From: Wallemia ichthyophaga EXF-994
Taxonomy: Eukaryota > Fungi > Basidiomycota
Direction: 5' to 3'
DNA length: 32,000 nucleotides
Assembly: GCF_000400465.1 (NCBI RefSeq)
Contig: NW_008806276.1
Span: 510,001-542,000 of the forward strand
Part shown: piece by piece, positions 20,565 to 32,000 of the stretch
Position numbering within the stretch: the stretch's first letter is position 1
Layout of the letters: every line of letters begins with the position of its first letter
Translations under genes and position numbers: made by a program
The notes under the pieces: generated by a model
Databases searched by the model: none
What the model saw: only the letters and a program-made list of their open reading frames with translations
What the model was told of the DNA's origin: nothing

Positions 20565-23440
20565 ATGGTGAGCGCAGCAAATGCCTAAAGATAAATACTA
20601 AAAGATACTTAGAATATCCCTCCGAAGCAGTTTGAGCTTAATAGACCGACGATGCTTCCACCAATAAACTTACCACCGATACAAGGCAGCGACAGGCCGC
20701 ATCTTCCACCCATAAGCGGTAACCAGCAGTCCAGGGATCTCCCAATGCCATTCCCTGCTCAAAACAACAAGATGGGTGTACAAGCTATTCTCTCCGAATC
20801 GTCATATCAACCTCCACAGACGTATCCGTACTCTCAGTCTCCTAAATATTTCCAGAATGAGCCTAATTACTCTCCTAACTACCCTCAAAGACCACTCCCA
20901 GCGAGTCATGCCCAGTCACCTGTTCCGTGGTCTTCTGGCGCAATTTCCAATCAGCCACTGCCACCACAATCACAGTCTCCTGTCTATTCTAACCAATCTA
21001 ACCCTCCTCCGCCTTTTCCACATACTCAGCCGTCGTTGTTTCAACAACCCCAATATGATGCCGCACAAGCTCAACAATTCACTGCACCACGCTCTCGACC
21101 TGAGTACGGCAGTATGGATGAAGTCGTCGCTCGTCAGCAAGCTCATATTTCTCGGTCGCAGACCACTGACAGTCTTTCGCGCTCAACTACATCCAAACGC
21201 AAGCGTGATCAAGCACCGGCATTACAAGGAGAAGAGCCACTCTATCAAGATCCAACTCATAATTACAATCAACAATTCTCTCAAGAAACAGCCCAAGAAG
21301 AAGATGAAGATGTTGAGTATCAACCACAAAGACAGAGACAGGTTCTCGAAGAGCGAGAGCGCCTGCCGTCTAAAGTCAAAAACGCACACGATCGTGAGCG
21401 TGAAGCCCTCTTTGTGTATAAGGACTTAGACGTTTATGACGCTCAAGGTTCACTAAAGGTTGCTTCGGATGGCGTACATGATGTCTTATCAAAAACTCCG
21501 CGTTTTTCTATAGGCCGTCACGTCTATCAACCTGCTGAACTTGTAGATTTCTACCCACACCAAATTGGTGGTGTTTTTGAAATGTACGTACCGGGTGCTT
21601 GGTTGGGTGACAATTGGGCAGTACGAGAGCTCCTACCACAAAAGAATGGAGACACTGTAGAACTAGCACCAAAAGTACGACATGTTAGAGGCAAGACTAA
21701 TGGATTAGCTCTGACGGATTTGGATGCATTGGATGAACGTCGTATTTGGGGTACGGATGTGTATACAGACGACTCTGATCCTATTGCAATAGCAGTGCAT
21801 CTCGGCTGGCTGTTTGATGCAAGTGACAAGTCGTATGATAGAAGGTCGCTGGTGGGAGCCGGCAGACCTGCAGAGGGAGAAAAAGTCGATGATATTATTG
21901 AAGATGCAGACCTCGTCTTGGTCTTTAGAGTCGCTCCTAGACTAGTCGCCTATCATTCTTCAATGCGTCACAGACTGTGGTCTCGAGGCTGGGGAAATCA
22001 GCACGATGGATTTAGTTTGGTCTTAGAGGAATGCAAGCTCATACCGAAAGATAAGACTAATGTGATTAGACCGTCAAAGCAACTCCGTAAAGCTAGAATT
22101 GCGCTCATCGCTCAAGCGAGAAAGGCTATTATAGACTCACCAAGTGTTCAAGTTAAGGAGAATGATGTTGATGCTGAAGCTGCCGATGAGAATGATGTGT
22201 GGAAACTATTGTCAGAAGATCAGAAAAGGCCTGAAAAGAACAAATTCAATAAAAACACAAAAATGATCAGGAGAGGTTGGTGTATAGATTGTTGTTACGT
22301 TAGTTTGCTAACGCCATACCAGGTGATCGGAGATTCAAGCGTGTGCAAAAGGAGGAGAGTGAGATTGAGCTCGAGACCCAACTTGCCATTCAACAAGAGA
22401 AAGAGCAGAAGAGACTGAAAGAAGATGAGAAAAAAAAGGATGAAGATGAGAAAAAGAAGGAGGAAGATGAAAAGAAAACAGATGAGGATGAGAAAAATAG
22501 GCTTGAGGATGAACAGCGGAAAGCAGAGGAAAGTGGAAAAGGGGCGCTGGAAGAGCAAGGTAAAGGGATTGAAGACACGCAACACAATGCAGTTGAGATG
22601 GTCGAGAGTCAGACGAGTGATGCGCCACAACTTTCTCAGGAGCAGGGGCAGCATACACCACAACAGCCACAAGAACGTCAGGTGCGGAAAGAGCAAGCGA
22701 ACGCCGTGCAACAAGAACAATCGTTACAGGAAAATGTTTCTGAGCAGCAACAGGAAGACAAGAAGCCTGAGAAATCAGAAGTGGAATTGCAGCAGTCAGA
22801 TAAACAAGAGCAAGAGCAAAAGCAAGACCAAATTGAAGGCGGAAGGCTGGCTGCTCAGCAACAAAACAATGACTCTGTGTCAGCTCCAGAAACTCAGTCA
22901 ACACAGGAGCTTTCTTCAAATCAGGCTGTCGATTCAACTCATTCGACACAGCTACAGCAGCTTACCAAAGCAGCTAAACCTGAAGCAGACCATCCATCTG
23001 CTCCAGAGCCTGCCCAAGCATCCCAGGATGTGTCCATGGAAGTGGATACCCAGAACACTCAACAGCCAGAGACAGACGTGAAAACTTTCTCGGTCACAGA
23101 AGCGCAACCCAGGCAAACGTTCACGATCAATCAGAATCCTTACGACCCTGTGCAGATGAATAAATCACATGCCCAATCGACTCCTCAGCCGGGAGCTGAA
23201 GCGCCACAGATAATGTTCGTGAACCACCATACAGCGGGAGATCATCAAAATTGTTCGTTTGAGTTGTCGCAGGTGCAAAGTGACGCTTCTGCAACGCATA
23301 CGCCACGAGCACAAGATAGCGCATTTGTCAAACAAGAGGATGATTCACAGTCCACACAAGCAAGCTTCAGCATAGCCTCTGAGTCTAATGGCAACGACAA
23401 CACGACATCACAACTGCCTTCACAAAATGAAAGTCTGTGA
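20565..23440 (+). CDS. RXT3: Rxt3-domain protein (Rpd3L HDAC complex subunit-like), about 927 aa; introns 20568-20612 and 22276-22322
   Basis: RRIWGTDVYTDDSDPIAIAVHLGW and SRGWGNQHDGFS are Rxt3-domain signatures. A 47-nt GTTGGT..CTAAC..CCAG intron joins the two ORF-track ORFs in frame. The first exon is probably an ATG only (alternative start 20652). Confidence 0.75.
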
Positions 23441-23717
23441 GAATTTCCTGTAACGACACTCATCTCAGATATTAGATACCAAACCGGTCGACGCATCCAA
23501 CACAACCACATAAGCTGACGCAGATATGCAGCGTCTTACCACCTCTACCACACTAACTTCACTGAGCCAAGAAAACTAATTTATAAACCTTGTTATATGT
23601 AGCAAACAACAAGTAATATAACCAACAATTGTATACTACTTCAAAGAATAATGGATATTCATGAAATTCACATGGTCTTGCTAATGACATTGCATCATTC
23701 GACGAAACATCTTTTGA

Positions 23718-25793
23718 TCACTCTATTTGTCTAGCTTTCTTCTCTTCTTCTTTTGCTCTCTCTTGTTCTTCGATTCCTGCAGCGACCTTAGACGCGCCGT
23801 CAAATCCACGGGCGTAGAGGGCGTGCAACCATTTAGACCATATGACATATGTTGCTTTCACATCTTGCAGACCTGCTAGCGTTGAGAAGGCTACAGATGT
23901 ACGAACGTGTCGCAAGTATTCTTTTAAATACGACCAGAATATGGATAATGAGACGCCAGTTTCACTCCACCGCCTCGAGATGTCTTTAAGTGTTGCTCTG
24001 TGGTTTGATTTCTCGCAATATTGTCCGATGATTAAAAAGACGCGCGTTGGGCCATGGGTAGTGTGTAGGGATGTGTCCAAATGTCTAGAATATGTGAGAT
24101 AAAGTTCAAAGGCTCAATATCATCTCCTCTCACCTGGTCAAGTCGTTCAATTTGAGAACCATCAACAATCGTCTTGGCAAATTCCTTAGCAGTTCAAATA
24201 CACTACTCAGCAATCCCTCTTTTGTAACCAACGCGCTTCTCAGTCTTTCAACATCACTAGAATTTCCAGCTGGTGTGTTGTCGAGAATGCCGCCAGAACG
24301 CTTGTGCTTGCGGGGACCACCTTTCACCTCATGATCGTAGGCACCTTCAAGACCTGCCTTTCCTGTGATAGCAGACTCGAAAATGGCTGTAAGCATTTGA
24401 GTAAGTGTGGTTTAGGTCGCACTCCACCCACCATACATATCCTCATCGATATTGCCAACCAACTTTGCGTAATGCCTCCTCTCCTTGAAAGTGGCTTTGG
24501 AAGGTGGCTTCATCAGCGAAAGCCAGAATCTAGCATAGTTTACTCGAAGGTCATCCGATAAATCAAAGTAAAGACCATGGTCAAGGAGGCAGATGTCAAA
24601 GTTGTACGGCGACCGCGACTTCTTGTGAGCAGGTCTGATGAGCAGGTTACCTGGGTGTGGGTCTGCATGGAAGAAGCCATTGATGTAGACCATCTCAGAG
24701 AATAGGCTGGCAAGCTCTTTAGCTACTTGATTTCTGTCAATATTGTGCTTTTGGAGGAAGTTCAAGTCATCAGGTCTGGCGCCTTCTATATATTCCATGC
24801 ACAGAGCCAGCTTATGTGACCAAAGGAATTCAGGTATGTAGAGTGTTGTACTTGACTTGTCGGCGAAGTCATTCCTGCATCTATTAGCGTTGTTGGACTC
24901 ATGCCTAAAGTCCAATTCGAGTGGAAGATTCACAGCCATCTCATCCGCCAGCCATGTGAATTCGAACTCGGGGAAGAGTCTGGGGCGTTATTTAGTATGA
25001 CGTAAACGAGAAGCCGAGTAGCTCACTTTTTGATTCCCTTGCTTATGAGCTGCACAGTCTTGATGTCTATCTCAGCATACTCGTCTAAGCCTGGATGCTG
25101 TACCTTCACGGCGACTTTCTGGCCTGTTGATTTATCATTTGCGACGTGTACCTGAGCCAGTGAAGCGACACCGATAGGCGTAGGATCAAATGTCGTGAAA
25201 AGCTCCTCGGTGGATTTACCAGTGGCTATTTTAAGAATCTTATTAACATCATCGATCGACGATGGATTGCATTGGTCTTGAAGAGGACGCATTGTGCTTG
25301 TCCATTCCAGCGGGAGGAGAGCAACACTGGAAATATGCTGACCAAGCTTGATGAAAACACCTCCGTTAGCCTTTAAGACGTTGAGCACCCTCTCAGCACA
25401 CCTCTTGTGACAACCAGCTAAACTGTCCCATTTTTCGTCATCTGAGGCGTAAGTCCTACCAAGCGTGAGCTTGTAGTCTGTTGCATTGGCGACGAATGCC
25501 TGAGCGCATCTTGCACACCTCTGAGCCGCCAAAGACGTGTGCTTGAATGTATCGCTGGTGTTATAAAGTATGAATGAACTTGGGAGGAATATCAGGAGTA
25601 CGATGATCGATGTTGGTAATTTCGATAAGAATTCTCTTTTCTCATGGCGATTGTGATGGGTGCTGCTCCACCTTCTCAATGGAGCTTGGTGGCGTAGGAA
25701 ATTGTGTGCGGGAGTTTTGCTGGCCGCTCGCGTATTGCTGCATTTCAACCCTCGTAGCGATTGCTTCGCCTGGTTGAACAGCACTCGCTGCAT
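23718..25793 (-). CDS. ABC1/UbiB atypical kinase (ADCK1/Mcp2-like), mitochondrial; introns 24980-25026, 24387-24431, 24085-24133
   Basis: GGVFIKLGQH (KxGQ), VASLAQVH, VAVKVQHP, LPLELDF, HADPHPGNLL and LLDHGL motifs. Arg-rich, acid-free presequence MQRVLFNQAKQSLRGLK. Confidence 0.9.
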
Positions 25794-26004
25794 TTCTAAG
25801 AGTTGGTCGTCAAGATGAATCGCCTTTTGAAGAGCAACGACTAACATCAACTAAGTTAAATTAATTAAGACTTGGAAATAAGCGTGTTGATGCTGGTGAG
25901 GTGGCTCTGGTGTGTATTTGTCGTGTGTTGCCACCACCACTACCAGCTACTGGGACTCAATTTGAGTAGAATGGGCGATGAGTAGGAGCATAGGAGGGTT
26001 CATA

Positions 26005-26688
26005 ATGCAGCTGTTGTTACAATTAACAGGTATCTGCTACTAATCCGGAGTTTGAGGAGCTGTAGCAGACCACGGTGATGCAGATGGACTTTGAGCATTG
26101 TAGAAGAAGTACCTTTGGGATTATGGTGGAGTGATTAGGCACGGGAAATGCACCTAGGCTATTGATCACCAAAAGAAAGGATATTGATGATGATTATGAT
26201 GAAAACTGATTATATTGTTAAGACGATAGATGTTTAAAGTGTGTGGGTCAATACTTAATAGAGGATGAGGAGTTGGAGGGGGTGCTGAATTTAGTGGAAG
26301 CGAGAAAGGAAAAGGAGTATAGTTAACATTTTCAGGTTGAGGGATGATTAGTGCTTGGTACGGTAATGATAGTTGCGAATGGGTTGGTAGTCAGTGACAG
26401 TTTGGCCGAGTGGTTAAGGCGATAGATTGCTATCTTTGGATTAACCTTCTATTGCGCATTGCGTTCATGAGTTCGAATCTCATAGCTGTCGGATATTTTT
26501 GCACTTTATTTTTTGGCCGAAAACCCTATCAAAGGGATTTGATCTCTGATTTAATGAGCTGACTTTGAATGGAGTGCACAAATAATAAGACATTTCTAAT
26601 TTGTAGTGTGTTGCTTTCCTTCTGAGCTCGCGATATCCATCCACATCTCATCAAATATGCTAGCACGAAGGCACACCCGAATGCAAAT
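26005..26688 (-). repeat. Right arm of the 684-bp inverted repeat (partner 17800-18483)
   Basis: Reverse complement of 17800-18483 with two mismatches found. Confidence 0.97.
26396..26491 (+). tRNA. tRNA-Ser(GCT) with 14-nt intron, identical to the copy at 17997-18092
   Basis: GACAGTTTGGCCGAGTGGTTAAGGCGATAGATTGCTA[TCTTTGGATTAACC]TTCTATTGCGCATTGCGTTCATGAGTTCGAATCTCATAGCTGTCG, followed by a TTTTT terminator at 26496-26500. Confidence 0.95.
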
Positions 26689-26922
26689 ACTCAATTCGCA
26701 AATTTATTAAGTTGCTGCAGTAGTGAATTATACAGCGCAGCCGCTTTCTCACATAATCACATTCCTCTCGCGACTCACATCAAGACAAGAAACGCTACAT
26801 ACATGTCGTACAACGTAGTGTGTGAGTATGTTATTAAGATCAGTAGGTGGAAGAGTGTTAAACGTGTCAAGCGCGAATAAATAGAAATGACGCCCAGCAA
26901 GCTTCAAGTTTCAAGCGTCTCG

Positions 26923-28305
26923 CTATAGGGGTGGGAGAGGGAAAGATTCAGGATTTACACCGGCATCCTTCACACATCTATCCCAGTAAGCTCTAAAGAA
27001 TGGTGTTAACAGACATGGCACACCGACACACCAATACACCGACATACCTTCTCAGCTTGGTATCTTCAGCCTGCTTGCCGACAGACTGAGGCTGAGTCTT
27101 TTCGTTCCAGAAAGCTCCGCGTGGCTTACCCTGCAATGAACAAGTAGCGAGGAATAGAGCCGTCTTCGCACCTTCTGGTGCCGAGATGGCGAAGGTGTTG
27201 ACGAGCATGTTCACAGGAACGCTGAAGACTTTGAGAGCTTTGTATTCTTCCTTGTTTGAGATGGTCGTCTTGACGAACCCAGGGTGGTAGTTGGCGACAA
27301 AAATCTTCCTGTATTTGACATTAGGGTGGTTGTCGAGACTGGTTTGAAGTTCTCGACAAAGGATGGTGATGACTAAGGATTTGTGTGAGATTTGAGCTGC
27401 GAATGAGAAAGAAATATCCACCCACGCTTCTTTGAATCACTGTACAGCGCGAAAGAGTTAAGAGCATAATTTTTGTATTTCCGCACATCACGCAGCGGAG
27501 TGCGGGGATTCTCGGAGGGAGCGTTAGGAATGTCAGTGAGTTTTGCACCGTTTGATGAAGTGACGATGATACGTGGATCGTCTGACTCTGAGAGAGCTGG
27601 CAGAAGATGCTCGATGAGTGCGAGGTGTCCAAGAGCGTTGCACTGTTGAGCAATGAGTGATGGTCTTGAATGGTTGTGCCCAATGTACACCCACCTGATA
27701 CGTCATTTCAAAATTATCCTCAGTCGTTGACATATCCGCATTCGGAACGATCAGACCAGCGTTACAGAAAAGTAAATCACACTTTCTGCAGCTGGGATCT
27801 TGATCAGACCACTGATCGCCAAATGACTTTATGGATTCGAGTGAAGAAAGGTCTATTTTGATGATAATGATTTCAGTGTCGCCCGTATTCTTCTTCTCAA
27901 TCTCAGACTTTGCTTTCTCTGCTTTATCAAGGGACCGGCATCCCATTACTAGTCTGCCAATATTATTCTCCACGAGCCATTCGCATTTAGCGAAACCGAG
28001 TCCTTATGGGTGATTTAGAAACAGTGGCAATTTGCTGGATGACATCACACACCTGCGTTCGCACCGATACAAATGGCTGTCTTCCCTTGAACAGATTTGC
28101 CGTTGAGTTCCAAGTTTCTTGTGGGCTGTTAGTTAGGATATCATTGGGACAACTCTGGGAGTGTACTACTAACTTTAATTTCGCCATCGAAGTAACAAAA
28201 CTTGCTTATGATATTGGAATTGAGAAGGCAATTGACAAGTATGTGAATATTTTCCACGACTTAGATTTCTACCGGCTATTTTACATCTCAAACCAAAGCG
28301 GCCAT
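26923..28305 (-). CDS. Short-chain dehydrogenase/reductase (retinol dehydrogenase/WWOX-like), multi-exon; N-terminal exon(s) uncertain
   Basis: Spliced GKTAICIGANAGLG (GxxxGxG), DLSSLESI, LFCNAGL, RIIVTSS, catalytic YSDSK and YHPGFVKT. Last exon AYWDRCVKDAGVNPESFPLPPL* ends at 26923. Confidence 0.85.
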
Positions 28306-28326
28306 GATAGCAGCTACTGATTAGTG

Positions 28327-29047
28327 ATGGAGTACATCTTTAACAGCAATTCTCCTTTTACAGTTTTCATTGGCGGATACATTTACAAGCTCGATAAGAC
28401 GTACTCAAGGCGAATTCAGCAGTATTGAGTGATTGCTTTGATATCTGTGATGCTCGGATGGATCAACCTCAGGAAACGATAACTTTGGAAGACAATCACT
28501 GCTTTACTACTTGTTGTGGAATAGTAAACGACATTAAGCCTTATTATCATGTAATTAGCCGTTTAGTTGAAAATTCCACCCTTTGGTTTCTGTTTACAGA
28601 TTGTCTGAATTCTTACAAGACAGTGCAACTCTTTTAGAATTAGAAGAGTATCTGCTAAGGCGTAAGCTCTTTACTAGTCCTGAGAAGCTCAGCTTTTGCG
28701 CCAGATTCAGTCTCAGTAGTGAAAACGTAGATAGAATTCTCAAACAAAAACTGAATTCAGCGCGTATATTACAATGAAATAGTCGTGACTTTTTCGATAT
28801 CAGTGTTGAGAATACTGAGAGCTTGGTGTTTCTACCGACAATCCAAGCACAGCTAGATACCACGGTGTGTGATGGGATATGGTACACTCAACGCACACTA
28901 CTCACATGAAGACAGCTAAAGCGATCCAACATGTGCAATGAAGATGGATATGAAGGTAAAAAGTACACATTCAATCGCCAACATTGTAAAAAATAGAGAT
29001 GGAGAGAAATACTCAAATCTGCGTCTTGTCAATGGGTATACAAATAA
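28327..29047 (+). pseudogene. Probable disrupted gene with a BTB/POZ-like N-terminus
   Basis: MEYIFNSNSPFTVFIGGYIYKLDK continues in the -1 frame as DVLKANSAVLSDCFDIC. Intron-like segments at 28551-28599 and 28865-28915. In-frame TGA (28775) and TAG (28994) interrupt coding-like text. Confidence 0.3.
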
Positions 29048-29087
29048 GTTAGGGATCAGGTCATTAATATCAACTCAGTGTACTTGG

Positions 29088-31036
29088 TTATGCATATTCA
29101 CTTTGAACCAATTCAACTGCTCTGTCTATGCATTCGTCAACTGTCCACTTTGGTTCTCTCCTCGACAATTTGAGACTAAGAAGATCCCCAACTTCGTCGC
29201 ACGCGCGTAACAATTCGTCGATATCCCCCTTGGTGTGTGAAGACGAAAGACAGAATCTCACTCTACCACTGGTCAATGGTGTGGCTGGGTAAGCGACGAC
29301 TACAACAACGATAGAAGCAGCACCCGGTGTGAGTCTGTCCATCATTGTTCTTGAGAAGAGCGGTAGTTTTGCTGGGTTGAATATAAACAACGGCACTATT
29401 GGCGAATCCCTTGAACCAGACATGATGAATCCCATCTTGCGCAGTGCTGATGATAAATAACGAGCGTTAAACGCCAGTCTTCTCAATCTATCTTTGCCTT
29501 CTGTACCATCCAGTAGATCTCTTGGAAGGGTCATCCAATGCGGCAAAGTGTTGTGAGTGACTGGACCTGGATGTGTGTCCTCACTTATATGTTCACCACC
29601 TTCGACAAACTCTTTGACGCCTGTGATGGAAGCGAGCGAACTGATAATCTGGGTGAGTACAGGCGGAGACATGGATTCAGCATAAGTCATTCCATGACTC
29701 CTCTGTCTGATTCTATTCACCAAATCTTGATCACCTGCGATATAACCACCAGCAGCACCAAATGACTTTGTAACTGTACCCATAAGTATATCAATCAAGC
29801 GAGGATTTATTCCAAAGTAGTCACACACACCTCTACCGTGTGGACCGATAGCACCAATTGAGTGAGCTTCATCGATATAGAGGTAGAATTTGTACTTGTT
29901 CTTCATTTCCATAATTGCTGGAAGATTGACTAGTGTACCTTCCATTGAGTACAACCCTTCTACAATTAGCAATATCTTCTTCCATGGACGGTGTGTGCGA
30001 GGTTGGCCTTGGGAGATGGTCTCTCTAAGTAAATTCTCGAGGTCTTTCATGTCGTTGTGTTTGTACTGTCTTACACTGGCACCAGACAGACGCACACCGA
30101 ATCTAATTGAGCTGTGGTTGAGTTCATCACTAATGACTAAACAGCCTTTATTAACGAGTGCAGGGATAGTAGTTGAGTTCGTAGCGAAACCCATTGATAT
30201 CAGCATAGCGTCCTGGGTGCCCAGGAATTTAGCCACCAGCTTCTCCGCATGATGGTGTAAATCGAGTGTACCACCTTCAAGACGAGGACCACCAGCAGAA
30301 ATGCCGTACCTCGAAATGCAGTCTTCAACAGCATCTGCGCAGCCGCCTCTAGCTTGGGCGAAACCAAGGTAATTGTATGATGAGACGTTGAGGCATCTTG
30401 TGTTGGACCCCGAGTAGAAGTAGGTGTTGTTGTAATCATCCGAGTCTCTATCGAGTGTGAGTATCGTACGACCAGGCACGCCTGAGTGGAGGGTGAGAGG
30501 AGGTAGGTCCAAATAAAGCCAGACTAACCAGTCGTTGGTCTACTAAAGCAGTCATCGATACGCAACTTAAGCCTACGCGTATAGAAGCTATCGAAATCGG
30601 ATAAAAGAGCAGCGTAACCATTATTAGGCATGAGATGCTTGTAATGCTTATTGAACATGCGTTTACCAAAGAAATCCCTCATATGGCCAATAACGATGAG
30701 TAAGACGAAGCTTACGTACGTAGATATCAATATGTAATAACTGGGATCCTCTACTTCTGCGATTGTGGAGTCTTCGTTGGTATTGTGACTGCTTATAAAT
30801 CGAAAGTCGTCGTTGTTGCAGATACCGTACTCGTCGTGGCTAAGTTGAGATTTCGTGGGCACTTCCAACTTATTCTGGAGATATGATCTTGCGTCGGGTA
30901 GATTGTCTGCGGATGTCGTTGAGAGAGATGGCATCGATGGTCGCGGATAAAGGAACGTGGATTTCGCGTTTACATTTCCAGCTGGGGACTTTTCTAGCTG
31001 CGTACTCCTCAGCCTATTTGAACTATTTACTTGCAT
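29088..31036 (-). CDS. LCB2: Serine palmitoyltransferase subunit 2; intron 30482-30528
   Basis: SDFDSFYTRRLKLRIDDCFSRPTTGVPGR, SYNYLGF, SDELNHSSI, EGLYSMEG, DEAHSIGA and the PLP-lysine motif GTVTKSFGAAGGY. Confidence 0.95.
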
Positions 31037-31712
31037 TTTTTGTTTTTTTAGATAATGAGTGTTCAGGACACTGATGTGCGCAGGGCGCTGAGCGAGGGTA
31101 GTTTGCGCCAATCAAATCTTAAAATTCATATTTTCGGGATGCAGTTGTGTGGCGAGTATACACAGCAGTCTGCTATATCGCTCTGCTCGGCCGCACTCGG
31201 CTTTTTTAATCGCACGTATCCATTCCATTGACGCCGAAAGCAACTCAAACGAGGCATATTAATTCCTCCGTGTAAAAATATAATTCTCATATATTTGCAC
31301 ATACTCTGTATACTGAATTAATTTTATCCATTTTTTTCAAGCCGTTTGCAGTATGTTTGAGGTGTATCGTGCGTATTTAGAGTTCGTGTTTAGAGTATTT
31401 TTGGAGTGCATTGAGTGTCGTTACATACAAATGTAGCTAAGTCTTACTCATGGTGCTCTTATCTCTGGTAAAGGACATGAAAATTTTCCAAAAGAAATAA
31501 GCTGAGAGCAAGTGGAAATCTGCTACGTTGGAGATGTAGCAACATTTATTACAGTCCCTCCTCATTATCGACTCTCAAAATATTAGGATAACCCAGGCTC
31601 TCCCAGATTCGTCACTTTTTCACACACAGCGGCGATACGATGGAAAATCAAGACAGCTACAAAGACCCATTTGAAGTGAGTTCGTAGAAATTTCACGTTT
31701 ATTTCAGCTCAA

Positions 31713-32000
31713 ATGCCAAAAAAGGACGCCAAAAGTCCCTTTCCTGGCCACCCAGGTGAATCTGTCGAGAGATCGGCACCAAGCAAGGGCAAGGGAGATG
31801 TGTTGCAGCCAAGCAACCAGAAGATGCAGCCGAATGATACCGATGAGCTTATCGTGAAAATGATCAAGAAATCTTCATCAACCGCTGAGAGGCTCAAACA
31901 ACTCGATGGATTGCTTAAAATGGTTAGCGGTGTATATCCCAGCTGAGCTACATTCTTAACTCACTAACCACCCAGGCAATTGAGAAAATCCTGCTCGAGA
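31713..32000 (+). CDS. Hypothetical protein, 5' part; intron 31923-31975
   Basis: ORF from ATG 31713. A 53-nt GTTAGC..CTAAC..CCAG intron continues the frame as LKMAIEKILLE off the window end. No family recognised. Confidence 0.5.

Noticed and set aside
22295-22949. Hydrophobic minus-strand ORFs opposite the Rxt3-domain gene
   Set aside because: Antisense of GAA/AAG-rich repeats; not a real membrane protein.
25955-25967. Palindrome ACTCAATTTGAGT, and CTCAATT recurring at both outer repeat junctions (17796-17802, 26690-26696), as a possible recombinase site
   Set aside because: Short AT-rich matches, all on the same strand rather than symmetric about the inversion; consistent with chance.
17800-26688. 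Calling the bracketed block a mating-type locus
   Set aside because: No pheromone receptor (STE3), CAAX pheromone precursor, homeodomain or HMG-box gene was recognised within the window.
29500-29640. Extra segment in LCB2 (GEHISEDTHPGPVTHNTLPHWMTLP) as a possible retained intron
   Set aside because: In frame with no convincing splice sites; as recalled, a similar insert occurs in basidiomycete LCB2 proteins.

Overview
Eukaryotic, not prokaryotic: an extremely gene-dense fungal chromosome segment. Introns are GT-AG and mostly 43-62 nt, and divergent start codons are often only 13-50 nt apart. A compact basidiomycete such as Wallemia is the likely source (inference, not verified). Genes from left to right: ICE2 (partial), a PPZ-type phosphatase, an MBOAT acyltransferase, RPE1, MRE11, a small spliced CBP6/UQCC2-like gene missed by the ORF track, MCM5, RRP14, CSN1, NOP53, a PCID2/CSN12-type PCI protein, SES1 and a Zn2Cys6 factor. 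Next comes a 684-bp near-perfect inverted repeat pair (17800-18483 / 26005-26688), each arm carrying an intron-containing tRNA-Ser(GCT). The arms bracket a 7.5-kb block holding an orphan HSF-like/AT-hook gene, an Rxt3-domain gene and an ABC1/ADCK kinase. After it lie an SDR, a probable pseudogene, LCB2 and the start of an unknown gene. The tRNA-bearing inverted repeat cassette is the most striking unexplained structure. All exon models were derived by hand from splice motifs and reading frame.
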